A stretch of 64,000 nt of DNA, taken from contig SMSO01000032.1 in NCBI GenBank assembly GCA_004764695.1, positions 4,310,483 to 4,374,482 on the forward strand, in the 5' to 3' direction. Under the pieces are notes generated by a model, which searched no databases, was not told the origin of the DNA, and saw only the letters and a list, made by a program, of their open reading frames with translations. The translations under genes were made by a program, and so were the position numbers. Shown here piece after piece: positions 37,001 through 49,879 of this stretch (position 1 is the first letter of the stretch; every line of letters starts with the position of its first letter). This stretch comes from Schizochytrium sp. TIO01. Lineage: Eukaryota > Protista > Bigyra: Labyrinthulomycetes.

Positions 37001-40000
37001 TCAGATGCTGCAATATTGCAACCTCAAACAAAAGCAGCCGAGGAATTTCGAGACAAGATTGTAACGCCGAAGCCTTTGTAATTAAAATCAATGTCTATCA
37101 CCCACGCGGCTTCAGCAGGGCTATCTCTCATCATCACACAGAAGAAGCCGAGAGCCTGCCTGGATGTCGTGATATATGGCCTCGGAACTGCGCGATAATG
37201 CCAGCTAGCGAGCTTTTGGACCTTGGTCGCGTAACAACCGCGGGGCACATTCAACGGCGCGGGGTCTCTTGAATTTTGGCTTCGATCATGAGCTAATTAA
37301 TCCCCGAGGAAGGATGTAATTGTGTTCTTTTCAAGGCAGCAAAAGTCCTCCTCGCGCCGCACGAGCGTCCTCGGCGGAAACTTGTCAAACTGGCGTCAAC
37401 GCTCCTTAGCGGCTTCATTTCCCCCAAGTATATTGGTTGAAAAGCAAATCTGACCTCCAAATGGTTGTCGTGGAGCATGTATAAATATATATAATTATTT
37501 TTATTGTTGTTGTTGTTGTTGTAGAGCAGCTTCTTCGCTATTTACGGACGACCGGAGGCGCAAGCGGACACTTGCGAACGGCGTGACAGCACCGCCACTT
37601 CTTCAAATAATTGCAGTTTACATCACGAGCGCATCTGCTCCGAAGTTTCCGTGGTTCTTCAGTGGCCATGCGAAGCCACTTGAAGAAGGGAAGAGATAGG
37701 CGCCCATGGCTTTGATTCACTTTTTTTTAAAAGTGAGGTTCTTTCTTTCTATCTTTCTTTCTTGCTGAGTTTCCTTCCTTCCGAGATTAATACATATATA
37801 TACATTTGTTTATACTTAACTAAATCTTTATGTTAAATTAGATCAAACTTTAAGTACCACTATTAATGATAAAGATGGAAGAAAGTATAATTAGCAGCAG
37901 TAAGTTCTCATGAGACGTTTTTTCTCCCCTTCGCTGGAGAAACAGCAAGAGAAACAGAAATAACAACTCTTTGGAACGCACAAATTCTCGCTACTTCTCC
38001 CGCGCTGGGACCTGCGAGGAGCTTCGAAGCACCGGACTTCGCAGGCACATCCTCCTCCTGTGAGGACGAGTCAGGCGAGGCGCTCTGGTTCCACAAGCCA
38101 GCATATGCACGCAGCCTGCCTCACAGCGCACATGCAAGCAGGGCCTTGCCCCCTTTGAAAAAAAGGTGCCCACAATGACGCCGTAGATATCTAAGGTAGA
38201 AAGATAGATAGATAGAAAGATAGATAGATATTCGCTCGCAGGGGTGGGCGGTTTGAAAAGCCGCAGCATCGAGAGTGGGGCTCGTGATGACCATAGTGCA
38301 ATCGATTGTTTGTTTGTTTGATTGATTGATTGATTGATTGATTGTTTATTTGTTTATCATCTTCACGCTTGCTCATGTGCAAAATAAACTTTGCCAATTA
38401 TCTTTGGGTTCTTTCTCCCTTTCCATGCTACTTCGTCTCTACCGGGTCTTTCACCATTTTTAATTCACACACCTCAATTTCTTTGCCAATATGGCGCTCC
38501 TTTCTCAGACACTTGAACTGCTCTTGTGCTTTTCCTCTACCTAAGTACTACACTAAGCCCCCCTACCTGCCGCATGTAGTGCTAAAAACAAGTAATAGAA
38601 TAAGTAAAAATTAAAAAACACTCCCGGCTCTTACTTACTTTAACATGTCTTGACAAACGCCAAGCTCCTGTCGAAGGGTGCATCTCTTTGCTACTTCTCC
38701 GTGGGCTGCAGCGGCATTGAGACCAGCGCTACACATCCCTGGCAGTTTTCTTTGTTTCTATGCTACTTTCACGTTCAATCATCTCTTTCTGACAGAATTT
38801 TAATTACAAAATAACTTTTTTTCATAACTTTATTATAATTATAATTAATAATTACAATAATAGAAAACTTTAAGATATAAAAAAGAACGAGGGCAATGGC
38901 GCCCCAGTTTGAGGAGGCCTCTCGGTGTCGAGAATCCTGCGGCGCGGCATTGGCCTTGAGGACCTGAACAGCAACAGGGTTGATCAGCGCTGACAACGAT
39001 GACCTAGGTCCTCTGAGGAATTGTCTTTTGAGTGTCGCCGAAGCACATTCAGGAAAAAAGAAGAAGAAAGGCCCGGCCATACGGGACGAACCGAAGACAA
39101 TGCGGAGCGGTGCAAGATGTAGGTAGGCAGCTAGGACCAACCTACTTAGGTGCTAGAACCCACTTTTAAAACACTGCATTTATTTATACCTAAAGGCTGA
39201 AAATAGCAACTCATGAAGGTTTAATCGGGACTGGAAAGTTATCGCAAAAGCACAACACAGCAGATCGAAGGTTAACTCATATAATTAGAGCGTGCAATTG
39301 AAATATATATAATAACAATGCCTATTTTATAAGGCTACATACACGAAGAAGACAAAATCGCAGAGAAGAACTCTGAAATAACAATTTCATTCTTTCCAAA
39401 TTGGTTAAGAACTCAGTTTGTAAATAGGAAATATCGCTGCGTGGGAAACACAGTTTCGTTGCATATCTCTCTGACCATCGCGTAATGCTGTCTCTAGAAA
39501 CATTGCTCAAGGTTGCTGCTCCAGACAGTCTTCGACATCTTCCTACTGTCGCCTATCAAGCGCGGAGGAACACATAGTAACATTCTTGGTGGTGCGGAGA
39601 TACCAGACAGGGTGTTCGCCAGCCTTTTAGGGAGAGCTAACATTATAGCGCTAGTATTATGATGCACATAAACTGCGTCGGACGCGGGACTTCGCGACAT
39701 TTGAACAGCTTTGAACTTCAAAGCAACGACTGAAGTCTAAAATGGGGTGAGGGATGCTGATGAAGAAGAGTAGTTAGAGGCTTACTTGTTGTCCGGGCCT
39801 GTGTCTTTATTTGCCAGTCTACACAGCACTGACGGCTTTTTTCCTTCCCCATTTCAAGTGCTAAAGAAGAATAATAAAATATATAGTAGGAAATAAAAGT
39901 GAATAAGAGCAAAACAAAGGAAGACACCAGCCCACTTTTGCGCAGAACATCTCGTCGAAAAGATGAAAAGAATAGAAGACTGCGCACTTTGAGCAGGCTT

Positions 40001-41716
40001 GTGTGAGGCTGTGTGTTTTGTTCTCCTTTTGTGGTGTTGTTTGGGATGAATGAAGTGGCCACTTTACTTTACAGGGGTTAGCGAGCTCTAATTTGGTTTG
40101 ATAGGTTGCTTGATGAGCTTCGATACGTTGATATGATGCGCAAGTTCTTCAAGTAATCAGGGTTTACCTCTGCTCGCCCGCACTTATTCCTGGGCCTAGC
40201 AAATGAAATCTGTGATGCAAATACGACAGGCAATCGAACGTAGCGTGTAGTTTGCAGATATGCACCATGCTTGGTCGCCCATATCGCCTTTACGCCTTTA
40301 TGTTGTTTCTTTCTTCTTTTTCTTTCTAGAAATGTTGCCGGGGAACATTATTGCAATGGCTCTCCTCCTGATTAAATGAATGGGCTCATTAAGGAAACTC
40401 GTTCTCTTAGCTAATTAGTTCAATGTTCCTTTACATTAACTAACATCAGGCTTTAGCTACCACGTCCTATCAAAGCAAAGCCTTGCTTTGCCTCTATTAA
40501 GTTTTCACCCAGTTGATGTTTGGAACTTGAATGAAGCTGCATTCCTTGAATTTGTAATTCCAATTAGGACTGCAGACGCTTTTAAAATAAATACATAGAT
40601 TATATATTGCTACCCTGGTTACCTAAGACCTCTCTCTTCAACCCACAAGAGAGAAGTCATATCACGAGAGAAGCCTGCACATTGCTTGCCGTCACGCTGC
40701 CCACCCCGAGCCCGGGTTAAACCTCTACACCAGTTTATAGTTTCCGCAGCACGCGGACTCTCTTGCCTTCGAATATCATCAATTTCTTATGCGGGCGGCT
40801 ACCAACTTGAAGCATCTAGCACCAGTACGAGCAGGCACGCACTGCTAAGTACAGCGTGCGTGGCTAAAAAGCTAAGTTCCTACAGCCTAGTTGGTTGAGC
40901 AAGGCACGTCTCCACGGACTCAGAACTCTCTCCCCTTCGAAGCCTAGGAGATCGATCGACTCCGTACCTCGGTACGAGACCTAGCTAGTTATAGCTAGCT
41001 AGCTACAGCACATGCGTGGCGGTCAGTGTGCACCAAGATGAACAAATGCACTGCATACCGCTGCCTACGTAAGGGCTAGATACTACCAGTATCCAGCTAG
41101 CATAAGCTCTTGCTTTGAGCCTCAGACAGCCACGCTCCTCACTTTCTGAGCCGCTGGCTAACCAAGCGCCTGCTGCTCGTGGCCAGCTAGCTAGCTAGCT
41201 GCCTTCCTACCAACCTGCCTTGCAATTGATTGCAGGAGTTCTTCAGAGCTTTGCTTTGAGTCTTGCTCCTCGTGGAGTTACTTGCTTGCTTGCTTACTCG
41301 CGTCTCCTGAGTTCGCTCCAGCGGTCTCCGCGGTGACTGACCTGCACGTGGCAAGGTTAGGCACTCTCGCGCGCGTGTCTTAATCAGGCGTGGGCCGCCG
41401 CGGCCTTGCGCTAATTTTGTCTGGCCTCGCCGTCTTCTCTCTGCGTGGAGCGGCGCGAGAGGAATTTAGTTCGAGCAGGAGACGGCTTGGAGGGCACGTG
41501 CAAACTCTTCGCCTCCGACGATGATTGCAATGAAGAAGGCGCTCGTCCTCATCGTGCAGGGTTGATCCTCTTCCCCCTCCTCCTCCTCCCCCGTGAACCC
41601 TTCCAGGTCGCTTTCGCAAGCGGTCTTGTTTCTAGGTCCTTGCGTGCGTTCGTGCTCAGCATGTTCCGCAGCACCTCATGCCGCTCTCGAGGCGCGCCCT
41701 ACTTATGTCCACATAC

Positions 41717-41749
41717 ACAGACAGATAGACAGGCAGGCAGGCAGGCAGG

Positions 41750-41779
<30 letters not shown>
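41717..41779. repeat. Compound (CAGA)n/(CAGG)n microsatellite
   Basis: Read directly from sequence. Confidence 0.9.
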
Positions 41780-41781
<2 letters not shown>

Positions 41782-43638
41782 CATGCATACGCGATGCATC
41801 CGTGCTCGTCCGAGCTCACAAGCTCGCGAGTGAATGTACACGGGCTCGGCCGCGAGCGATTGCTCATTTCAGGATTCCTTCAGGATCTCTGTGCCACATT
41901 AGTCTCGAGTGTAATGCTATCCTAGGAAATCCTCGACTTGCCGCTACACCTATTGCAAAGGCAATGAATCAATGAATCAATGGATCAATGAATCAATGCC
42001 AAAGGCCGCACCGCGAGAAGCAAAGAGAAGAGAAGCTCTAGATAGCAGCCTGGCCTCTGCTCTGCTCTGCCACGCTCGCAGGTGGGTCTCTCGCGAACGT
42101 ATCTTGGGAGTTGGCAGTGGCATCTTGGAGAGAGAATTAATGAACGAACGAACGAACGAATGAACGAATGAATGAGAACGGAGGAATTAGGAACAAGAAC
42201 GCAAAGAGGAACAGACCCGCCGAGGACTGCTATTGCACAGATACACGTTTCGCTAGCAGTGCCTGTGCCCGGAACTCTTGGAACTCTGCGCTCTTTCTTT
42301 CAGCTCCCAAGATACCTTTGCATTTCAGAGCGCAGCACTGCAGAAGAAGAATCAATCACTCGAACCCGAAGCACTTGCGGGCCTCGAAGTCGCCGCGAGG
42401 CTGCCAGTACAGCCAGCAAGGCCGCCGCCGAGACCCGTGCGAGACAGAGGCGGAACGCGAAGGCGCCGCCCTGGTCGCGAGAGCCCAGAGATTCTGATCA
42501 GGGGCATCAGGACATCGAAGGCGGCATCGAAGGCGGTTCTTGGCGTGCTGCGAGACACGACACGAGAGGGCTCTTCGCGAGCGAGCGGAGGTACCTCGGT
42601 CAGCCCGGAGAGTGGGCTGCCGCTGCTCCTGCTGCAGGGTGAGCAGCAGAAGGGAAGGGCTGCCGGCTGACTTCGCCTCATCTGAGTCTCGTCGATTGGC
42701 TGTCGCTTTCGGCGCTATTTAGTTGTTCCTCAACTTTGGAACTTGTCTGAAAGGTTGAACAGAGAGACCTCCAACTCGTGCCCGCCAGGCTCCAGATCCG
42801 TGGAAAGCCCAGCAACCGCGTCCTGCTCTCTCTCCCGGCCGCCAGCGCCGCAGCGGAGGCGCCTCAGCAAAAGCCCGGCTTGCACGCCTCTGGTTTACGA
42901 ACATTCCATTCCCACAAACAACAAACAATCAAACAAACACTCAAACAACAACAAAAGAAAAGGGAGATAGATACCTCTTCTCGGCGAAACCGGCGAATCT
43001 TACCCACTGGTCTCACGTGACTTTAGGGTGTGCACCGACACCTTTCAGGGACTCCTCCGAACTCGGGATTCCTTCTCTGCAAGAGCAGCAAAGCTGGTTT
43101 CACTCTTTGGCGAAGTACACCGCAGGCTTACCCAGAAAGCGAAAGTGCCTGGGAACGTCCAAGCTGCTCCGAGTTGCTACTGCTTGCTAACGAACTCAAC
43201 TTCAAGTTGGTCGGTCTGCTCGCTCGATCGTCGGTTTGCTCATTCGTGTTGAGGGCGATCTCGATTTGAGGGGGCTAAGTGACTCTTAACTACTCCTAGC
43301 GGCGACTCTAAGGGATTGCTTAGTTTGGGCTCGTTTCGGTGGATCTCTGAGGGAGCGAAATTGCACTGTCGAGACCGAACTTTGTTCAAGGGCCATCTGC
43401 AGAAGGCGTGGAGAGTGGCTTAGAGCAGCCATTGAGAGGACGAGCAGACGCAAGACAGACGGGCTGGCTGGCTGGCTGGCTGGCTTGTGCATCATCAGAG
43501 GATCAAGGCTTGCCGTTTGGCACGAAAAAAGTCACGGAATTGGCACCAAAGTCGGTTCATATAGGCCAAAGCACTCACTGGCAGTGGACGAAGTGCGTGG
43601 GGTAATAAGAGCTCCAGAGAACCTTGGGGTTTGCGAAG

Positions 43639-43819
43639 ATGCTGCTGGCAGGAAAAGCCATATCGGTTACCGAGCAAAGGCCGACTGCACCGTGCTCTTG
43701 CTCCCGCCAGGGACCGCTGCTGGTGCCGCGGGAAAGCTTGGCAGTACGCAATACGAGTTGCAGCGAGCAGAACAAAACGACGCAGTGGCAAACCCGAAAC
43801 CCGAACGCACAAACTGAGC

Positions 43820-43851
<32 letters not shown>

Positions 43852-44757
43852 AAAGAGCACCGGGGTCCGCATCTAAACAAGAGAACAAGACTGCTTGCAG
43901 AAACACGTGCCTTCAAAGCAAAGCGGAATCTCTTGCTGCTCGCGAAGCAATCCTCAACAAAAAATAGCAGCAGCATCGGAACTGAAAGCTCGGCTACGAC
44001 AGGAGCCGTAGGAGCAGGGTCAGGGGCGCTCGGGGAACATACGAATACGAACTTCGAAAGTAACATGCCAGGGGAGGGAATCCCAAGAGCAATTCAGGCA
44101 CGCAGGCCCAAAGCGAAGAGCGCACCAGCACCCAAAGAGAAGAGAGCCACTGGCAACACTGGGAACGACTGCAAGACACCTAAACCAAAGCCCAAAGCTC
44201 AGCGCTCGAGGAGGTTGAAGAAGCTTCTGAGCCGTGGGCATGGCACTTTAAATGAAGAAGACATTATGGATGTGCGCGACGTCGATGTGACTGACATTGA
44301 CATCTCTAAATCAGACTTTGGCGAGGAGTTCGGTTCCTGTGGGCGACTTCCCGCGAGGTACGAGATCGTGCGATATGTAGAGATTGCGTTGCACCCAATG
44401 CAAGAGCACCGAGTTGCTGCAAAGTTATCTCATGGAGCTTATGTTCTGCGCCTGGAGCTTTTATCTAGATTTTCTGGGTTCTTTTTTTCCAAGTCGTGCA
44501 TGATCAAGGTCTGGCTCCAGGATGTTGCAGGCGGCTACTCGGTGCAAAGTTCCTGCGGCAAGCTCACAAACAAAATGGAAAGTTATGCTTTAGAGTTTGA
44601 TGTGCCGCAAGATCGCAAAATGGAGGTTGTGTTCCAGCTCACCTCTACTTGCCGCGCCTCGACGGTTTATGTGCGTACAGTCTTGCAGAAATTGTCTGAA
44701 GAAGAAAGGGTACACAGTGGATTCACATCATCGTCAACTACAGTTAGCTCGGTGTAA
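43639..44757 (+). CDS. Hypothetical protein (372 aa from first ATG): polyQ and basic disordered N-terminus, predicted beta-rich C-terminal domain
   Basis: 1.1-kb ORF with first ATG at 43639 (alternative ATG at 44065). The last ~130 aa show alternating hydrophobic beta-strand patterns (YVLRLEL, MIKVWL, YALEFDV, MEVVFQL, VYVRTV). An AT-rich 3'-UTR-like region with AATAAA follows the stop. Confidence 0.65.
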
Positions 44758-46159
44758 ATAAAGATGACCAAAGAGCTAAATTGTGTGTCAAGATTCCACG
44801 AACTATGATTGTAATTATAAAATACGTACATCCTCAATTATTTTGTTTGCAAAATTTGATGTCGATTCGAATATTATCAAGAGTAAGAAACCAAAATAAG
44901 TTGATTAAGTTGAACAGTTGTTTTCACGTGATCAAGGGGCAGGGGAAGCTTTTCGTTTCTTCTTCTTCTTTTAATGCCAAACCTTCTTCGTTGATCATGC
45001 CTAAGCGGACAAGCACATGTTGAAGAAACGTAAACGTGAAAGTTCTCAGCGTCAAATAAGAGTGGTAAATATTAAAAGTATTGAGAAATAGATTGTCGAA
45101 ATTTGACGCGGTTAAAATACAGAGTTGTGGCTCTCAGGGCAAGGTAATTCTAGCGTGGGAAAGGATTGTAAAGAAAAGAAAAGAGAAAGAAAAAGAGGGG
45201 GTCAAAAATTACGTTGAGTATAATTGGACAGGACAGACAATGGTTGAGGTGATGAAGTGTCGAATGGATTGTGCATAATGAATGCAACACTATCCGGCGT
45301 CAAAAGGGAAACAAGAAACACCCACCGTACCTAAGAAAGATAAATGTACGTGGGAGGCAAGGCTTGCTTGTGAGGTTGACGTGAATAATGGCGACGTGAC
45401 GTGAAAGTAAAGCCATGTAAAAGAAAAAAGAGAGAGACAACAAATACAAACGATTTCCGCTTGCATTCTTATGACTTGCTTGCTTGATTACTTGAATTTT
45501 TGCTTGCTTGCTTGCTATGTACACGACTTAACTTGCGCTGCTATACTTAAGCGAAATCATGAGATTTGCATAAACGTAGCAGGGCATATTGATCTGAAAA
45601 AAGACTGCTAGGAAGCATTGAGGGAAATGTGCGTGCCTAATGTGGGCGCAGAGCTGGGCATGAAGAAGAGTTATGCATGCATGCATGATTACGAGAGTAA
45701 AGAACGATGATCGCAGGTGCTTAGGCGTACGATTGCTCTTGTGACTCAACGTCAAAGCAGGAGCTGAACCACCGCCGAGTTTTTCTGGAGAACCAAAAAT
45801 CTAGACATGGTGAGAGATAGCCCGCCCGAGTTTTGTCCACAAACAGACATTAGTTCCTATTACGATCAAATTCTCCTGTACGCCTTCAGTGTTGTTTATG
45901 TGGTGTTGTTCATGCATAAAGGCAGGCAGCTGCGGCGGCAGCCTTTGCACGCTCTAAAAAAGAAAGTGTCTCGCTCCCAGCTAGGACGGGCGCGAAATTT
46001 CTGCAGTTTGATGCGAATGAATAGATTGCGATTTGACACAACTGCATGGAACCGATACATTTTGATTGTAAGTTCAGAGCATCAAAATGCATCGCAGCTT
46101 GATGCCATTGTTTGGCCAAATCGCAGCTGTTCAAGCATTTGGGGTCGACTAGCGAGTAA

Positions 46160-46651
46160 TTATACGCTGAAGCTCTCACCACATCCACAGTTTCCAGTGG
46201 AGTTGGGGTTTTCGAAGCGGAACTCAGCGGAGAGCTCGTCCTCCACGTAGTCCATCTGGCTGCCGACCAAGTAGATGAGCGACTTCGGGTCAATGCCGAC
46301 GGTGACGCCGTCCTTGCTGACGGTGTCCTCAGAGGTAAACTTGTCTGCGTAGTCCATGGTGTAAGAGAGTCCATTACATCCGCGACGCTTCACGCCGAGG
46401 CGTACACCAGCGGCATCGGGGCGGCGCGCAAGAAGGGCCTTGATGCGCTCTACAGCAGCATCGGTGATGGTGATGGCGTCAGGCAGCTTGCGTGCGCGAG
46501 ACCGCTTGCGCTTCGAGGGCTCCTCGGCCACGGCAGCTGCAGTGGCAAGATTGCGTGCGGCCATTGAGGGTGCAGGCGCAAGCACAGACGTCTGGCGGAG
46601 TGCCATCGTCCTCATCAAGGCCATGCCCGAAACGCGAGAGGCGCCGAGCAT
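46160..46651 (-). CDS. ISCA1: Mitochondrial iron-sulfur cluster assembly A-type carrier (IscA/Isa1 family), 163 aa
   Basis: First ATG at 46651. The Arg/Ala-rich N-terminus lacks acidic residues, like a mitochondrial presequence. Motifs ITITDAAVERIK, VRLGVKRRGCNGLSYTMDY, LVGSQMDYVED and FENPNSTGNCGCGESFSV are present with all three conserved Cys. Confidence 0.96.
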   Translation of the reverse strand: MLGASRVSGMALMRTMALRQTSVLAPAPSMAARNLATAAAVAEEPSKRKRSRARKLPDAITITDAAVERIKALLARRPDAAGVRLGVKRRGCNGLSYTMDYADKFTSEDTVSKDGVTVGIDPKSLIYLVGSQMDYVEDELSAEFRFENPNSTGNCGCGESFSV

Positions 46652-47360
46652 CTTCAATACACAGCTTTAGTCTTCACGAGTTTCCCGAAAATGCAGATAT
46701 CGCCTGGCTTCGCAGCACGAAGTCAGTCTTCGCAGGTCTCCCCGGTTTTCCTTCCTTCGCTTGCTCGCTCCTTCGCTTGCTCGCTGCTTCGCTGTGGTTT
46801 TGATTTAGTTTTTGTTTCCCTTCTGTTCGTATGGCCTCTTATTTATTTTCCTCTTTCTTTCCTCCCTAGCACCTCCTACGCCCCCTCTACTGCCGCGGTG
46901 GTCCTACCACTCCCCTACTGCCGCTAGTAGTCTGTTCCAGAGTCTTTCTCTCTTTCTCTCTTTCTCTCAAAGCAGAGACAAAAGAAAAGTAAACAACGAA
47001 ACAATCAAAAGCATTTGCGCCATGAATTTGCCTTTATCGCTCCCTACAAGTACTCCTATCCGCACTTAGGCGTTACTCCGCCGAAGACGTCGTCGCTCTC
47101 TACTTCACTATTAGCAGCAGTAGGTCCTAGTGGTTCCGCTAGGAGAGGGCGTAGGCCTCGTAGCAGAGGGTTCCTAAGGCGAGAAGAAGATGGGAGGAGA
47201 AGGAGAGCGAGCAGGAGGAGAAGGAGGTCCTCGGCAGGGAGAGGAGGAGGGACGGAGGGGCGCACTCGCGACAGCTTTCACACGCGGACGGTCGGCTTTG
47301 GAGGCCTCAGAGAGGGGCCAACGCAGAGGAAAGAGCAGTTCCGAAGTCCCGGTCGTCTTT

Positions 47361-47392
<32 letters not shown>

Positions 47393-48689
47393 TCGTTTCT
47401 TTGTTTTCTCAGTTCTTTGCGTTCTTCTGTTCTTTGTGTTCTTCCCTGGAGGCAGCAGTTCTTGCGCTGTTGTGATTGATTGTGGGAACAGAGCCTCTTC
47501 GAAGTCAGACCGTTCTCTCTTTCTTTTCTTTCTGTTCTTTCTGTTCTTTCTTTCCTTCTTGCGAGCCTCTGCCCGGCTAGGGATACCTAGAGTTTAATAT
47601 AGCACTCGCTGCCGATTCTTTTCAAACTTTGGGAAAACATCAGTCAGTCAATGAAATAGCCGCACCTTCATGTGCAAGGTAGCGACACCTGTTCTTGTCA
47701 TATCCGCAGCCCACAACTCTCTGGAACAAATCGCGCCCGAACTCCGCCCTTGCATCACCGGACTCAGTGTGTTGACGACTTGTCTTTTTTTTTTTTTAAG
47801 TCGTTCTCTCTGTGTTGTAACACATGAAAGAACAGGCCTTACACCTCACATAGCACTAGCACTAGGACCCGCGGGTGTTCCTTTGCCGAAGGGCCCACAA
47901 AAGATGCGGCCGTAGGTAGTAGGACCTGCTAGGTACCTGCTAGGCTGAAGAAGCGCGTGAGAAGACTGTGGAAAGCACTAAGTAGATCCTACTGAGGAAG
48001 CATTGCAATTGAAAGTGACTCTCTCAGTGAATCACTCAATGAACGAATGATTGAACGAACGAACGAATGAATGAATGAAGAATCGATCTGTCGATGGGTT
48101 CTTCGATGGGTCGATCAGTCCGGCCGGGCCCTTCGAAGCCTCGCTCGAAGCCACGGCGCGGCTGTGCTCATGCCGCGGCGTGCCTCGCAGCGCCACAGGC
48201 CCTCCGCCGCCGTGGTCTCGCGCAGTTCTGGCGTCTTCGAGTTCGTTTTGGTTCTTGGACCTGTTTACTTAATCATTCATTGATTAATTAATTCAATAAA
48301 TAAATAATTATTTAGTTAATTAATTAGTTAGTTACTTATGCCATTTACTTATTGACTTACTTAATCACTTATGCCGTTTCAGGTTTACCATTGTCCGTCT
48401 CATTTCAATTCTTCGCTTATTTGATATGCGAGTTTTACGAATGCAATGCATATGAAGAAACATGGCACGAGAGGCGCTCTGGACATACGCAGATGGTACC
48501 TCTTATGTATTATGATAGATGGATGCTAATGGCACTTGCGATGATGGTGTGGAGAGAACACTCCCTCCCTCTGAATGAGCCTTGATAAAGAACGGGAGGA
48601 ACACTCGTGGGAAGAAAGGGGCGAAGTCGGTAGTACCCACCTACGTTTTGCATAAGAGGAGGTTCATTGTGAAGTGGGCATTCGTTTGA

Positions 48690-48858
48690 GATTGATCTAT
48701 TGATGTATGGATTAATGCATTGATGTATCGATGTATGGATTGATGTATGGATTGACGTATTGATTGATGTATTGATTGACGAATTAATGTATTGATGTAT
48801 CGATGTATGGATTGATGTATTGATTGACGTATTGATTGATGTGTTGATTGATTTATTG
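48690..48858. repeat. Degenerate compound repeat built from TGAT/TGTA/TGGA 4-mers (8- and 12-nt higher-order units)
   Basis: Read directly; same family as 26358..26532. Confidence 0.9.
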
Positions 48859-49879
48859 ACAATAGATTGGCAACGAATCAGAGCACATGCCGGTTCTGCA
48901 GAACTGCAGCTCAAAGAACTGCAAAGACCGGCCTCAAGAACTTCGAGTTCTTCTCAACGGACCACCCTCAGGAGCGGAGAAGGATATGTCCGTGGCGCGG
49001 GGGGGGGAGAGACTGCTTTGGGATATGGATGGAATAGTAGTCAGCTGCTGGCGATGGTTTTGAGGGTAAGCGAACAGGAATGAGGAGGGCAAAGGACGCT
49101 ACGGAGGATTGGGTCTGGCAAAATAAATAAGAGGAAACCGCCAGATTACAGACCTACAGCGCCGCGATGGTACAAGGGTTCGTTGAGTGCGGCGTCTACC
49201 AATTGCATCCTGTGGCGATGGGGACTCCAGCTGACGAGTTGAGGGACGAATCTCAGCGGATGATCGCCTCCTTCTGTTGCGTCTGCAGCGCTTGACAAGA
49301 GCACGCTCTTGAGGAATTGTCATCCCTCTCTGTCTATGTCTATCTCTGTCTTAGATGCCGAGCGCTGGAGTACCATAAGGCTGATGTATACTGCTTTTTT
49401 GTACAGACTTGAGAGGTCAAAGCAGCCCCAACTTGAAGGCAAACACCGCAAAAACGATGCGAGGACACACTGTTGAGGAGTTTTCTTCGCAGCTGCTTTT
49501 TTGGGGAACAGAGTTAATGCCTACCTACCTAGCTAGGTGGCTACCTCTAGAGAACTTGTGCGTTTGCACAGAGCAAAATGAAATTCTTGTGACTGGCTAG
49601 AGTTCGCTGACAAAGCTATTGAACACTCCTCCTGAAGCAATTCGAGAAGTCATGCTAGGCAACATTGTTGAGGCCGAGCAAAGGGATTATTGAAATGTAC
49701 GATATCCTCAATGTTCGCTCGCTTTTACAGAACACTAAATGAAAAGGCGGATCAGCACAGCATGTGCGACGGTAAGGCAGGAAAACATAGAGAACTAGAT
49801 TCCGGCGACAACTTTGGTAGTACAATCAAAACCTTTTTAATGATACCTAGTCTAATATTTAAAATAAGAAGAGAGAGTT

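Noticed and set aside
41380-43020. Cluster of overlapping ORFs in GC-rich patches
   Set aside because: Open in several frames on both strands, Arg/Ala/Ser-rich and crossing microsatellites; this is consistent with stop-poor GC-rich non-coding DNA.
47123-47869. 10-bp inverted repeat GGTCCTAGTG / CACTAGGACC ~740 bp apart as possible MITE ends
   Set aside because: Too short, with no target-site duplication seen and no second copy in the window.
49231-49256. Hammerhead-ribozyme-like core CTGACGA-GTT-GAGG-GAC-GAA
   Set aside because: The conserved GAAA is GAAT here, and I could not find convincing stems I/III or a cleavage triplet.
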